Under the pieces are notes generated by a model. That model searched no databases, was not told the origin of the DNA, and saw only the letters and a list, made by a program, of their open reading frames with translations. From Botryllus schlosseri (taxonomy: Eukaryota), in NCBI GenBank assembly GCA_051294905.1, contig CM119372.1, positions 6,884,001 to 6,948,000 of the forward strand: a stretch of 64,000 bases of DNA, written 5' to 3'. Below are positions 62,512 through 64,000 of this stretch, one piece after another. Numbering within the stretch: the stretch's first letter is position 1; each line of letters begins with the position of its first letter. A program made the position numbers and the translations under genes.

Positions 62512-64000
62512 CAGGGCTGTGGAGTCGGTAAATTTTACCACCGACTCCGGCTCCGACTCCGACTCCAAACATTTTCAATATTCCGACTCCGACTCCGACT
62601 CCTGAGTCTTTAAACGTACCGACTCCGACTCCGACTCCGACTCCTGGGTCTTTAAACGTACCGACTCCGACTCCGACTCCCGACTCCGACTCCAGCATTA
62701 ATACCAATTTACATCGAAAATTATATGCCACATTGTCGGTTGAATGACTATCATACAACCATTAAACATATGCAAACATATGATTAACGGTGCATGCTAC
62801 ATTGTTTCATTGTGGCACAGCTCGAATTATCCACTATGCAATTAACATGAAAGAAAGATTTGCTAAATATCCTTCCTTTTTCAAATTTTTATAACATGGA
62901 CTCTCTAATATCCTGAAATGTATGAATCATTCAAATATGGCAGATATCCAATCTTGTATAATAAAAATGTAGATAAAAAATCCAAGTGTAGCTCTTGTGT
63001 ATGAGTCAGCAACTAATAAAGAGATTTAACCTACTAATTTTGTCATTGCACACTATACTGATTACAAGCACACACACTCTTACTACTAACAAACATTGGT
63101 CATAACTGGAATTTAGTTGAGTAGTCAAATACCATAGGCTATGTCTAGTCTACATGTACTTAATCAAGTATTTAAGGATTGGGACTTGCAGTCTTTCTTA
63201 ATCATTTGTTCGACCCAAACAGCTAAGCTACACAACAAATATTTTTAATTTTGTCAAGTGGGAAGCATCGTTTGGTCATATTTACATCATTTTTACAATT
63301 TTACAAAACCAGTCGATGCATTTGCTCTGTCACAGTATCATGGTATAATTCCGAAAATTGCATCAATTTTGACTGCATCCCGAAAACGCATATTGCGATT
63401 TTCTTCCCCTGTGCAACTGAGTTGTAATTTGCAAGTAATGTCTAATTTTATCTATATCAGGGGTGGGCAACTTTTTCGGCAAAAGGGACACATGATATTT
63501 ACGAACCATTGCGCGGGCAACTGGAATGTTGATAACATTTTTTAGTCGTCCGATAGGAGCGAACCGAATTAGGTAACATTGCAAACAATACCTATATTAA
63601 TACGCTCTAAAATTTATAACAATATGTCATGCAACTGTGCAGTGCGCAATAAGGCCCTGGTCACGCGAGGCGCGAATTTTTTTTGCAAGATAATGGCTGA
63701 ATTATAGCAATAAATATGTTTCTAACATACATTGGGGGTTGCATCTGTATACCACTGGACTCATTGAGCAAGGACAGGATTATGCGACGTTTAGACATAG
63801 CAAAATCGACGGTATCAGTGAACATGCCTCTATCATTTTGTGCAAATGTTTTGTCGACGATCTCGCTGCGAGTGCACAAGCGAAGCCGCATTTTGGACGA
63901 CACGTTATCTCCTAATTGCGATTATAGTTAGACTCAATTCTGTGAATAATATGAATTTATAATTTTCAGAAGGGCGCTCAAATACTGAATGAAAGAATCT
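62512..64000. mobile_element. hAT element with CCGACT subterminal repeats (right end outside the window); a second hAT MITE begins at 63458
   Basis: Starts CAGGGCTGTGGAGTCGG then (CCGACT)n arrays; nested CAGGGGTGGGCAAC terminus at 63458. Confidence 0.7.

Noticed and set aside
62489..62758. GVGVG / SDSDS repeat ORFs
   Set aside because: Translations of hAT subterminal (CCGACT)n repeats.

Overview
Eukaryotic, metazoan (invertebrate-like), AT-rich DNA with short GT-AG introns and very dense transposon content. Host genes: the 5' twenty coding exons of an axonemal dynein heavy chain (DNAH7-like, minus strand, runs off the left edge); a head-to-head KANSL2-like copy disabled by a stop codon, frameshifts and at least three exonic transposon insertions; and a single-ORF astacin metalloprotease with an antistasin-astacin-TSP1-FG-GAP layout. 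The rest is nested mobile DNA: hAT, pogo/mariner, CACTA-like, ISL2EU-like, P, Penelope-like, CR1/L2, SINE, a solo LTR and a probable Polinton/Maverick-type end. Most notable observations: (1) an apparently intact, intron-rich P element whose transposase lacks its C-terminal domain while a convergent second gene encodes a CTD-like protein; (2) five identical minimal hammerhead ribozymes with a predicted pseudoknot, carried by Penelope-like insertions that all have 12-bp TSDs, three of them only 120-240 bp long; (3) perfect 36-42-bp palindromes with 7-bp TSDs that look like P-element excision footprints; (4) TAGGCCTA footprints, one of which creates the KANSL2 stop codon; (5) a ~600-bp inverted duplication that may be the inner part of a much larger foldback structure. 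All family assignments come from motif recognition by eye; no database search was run.
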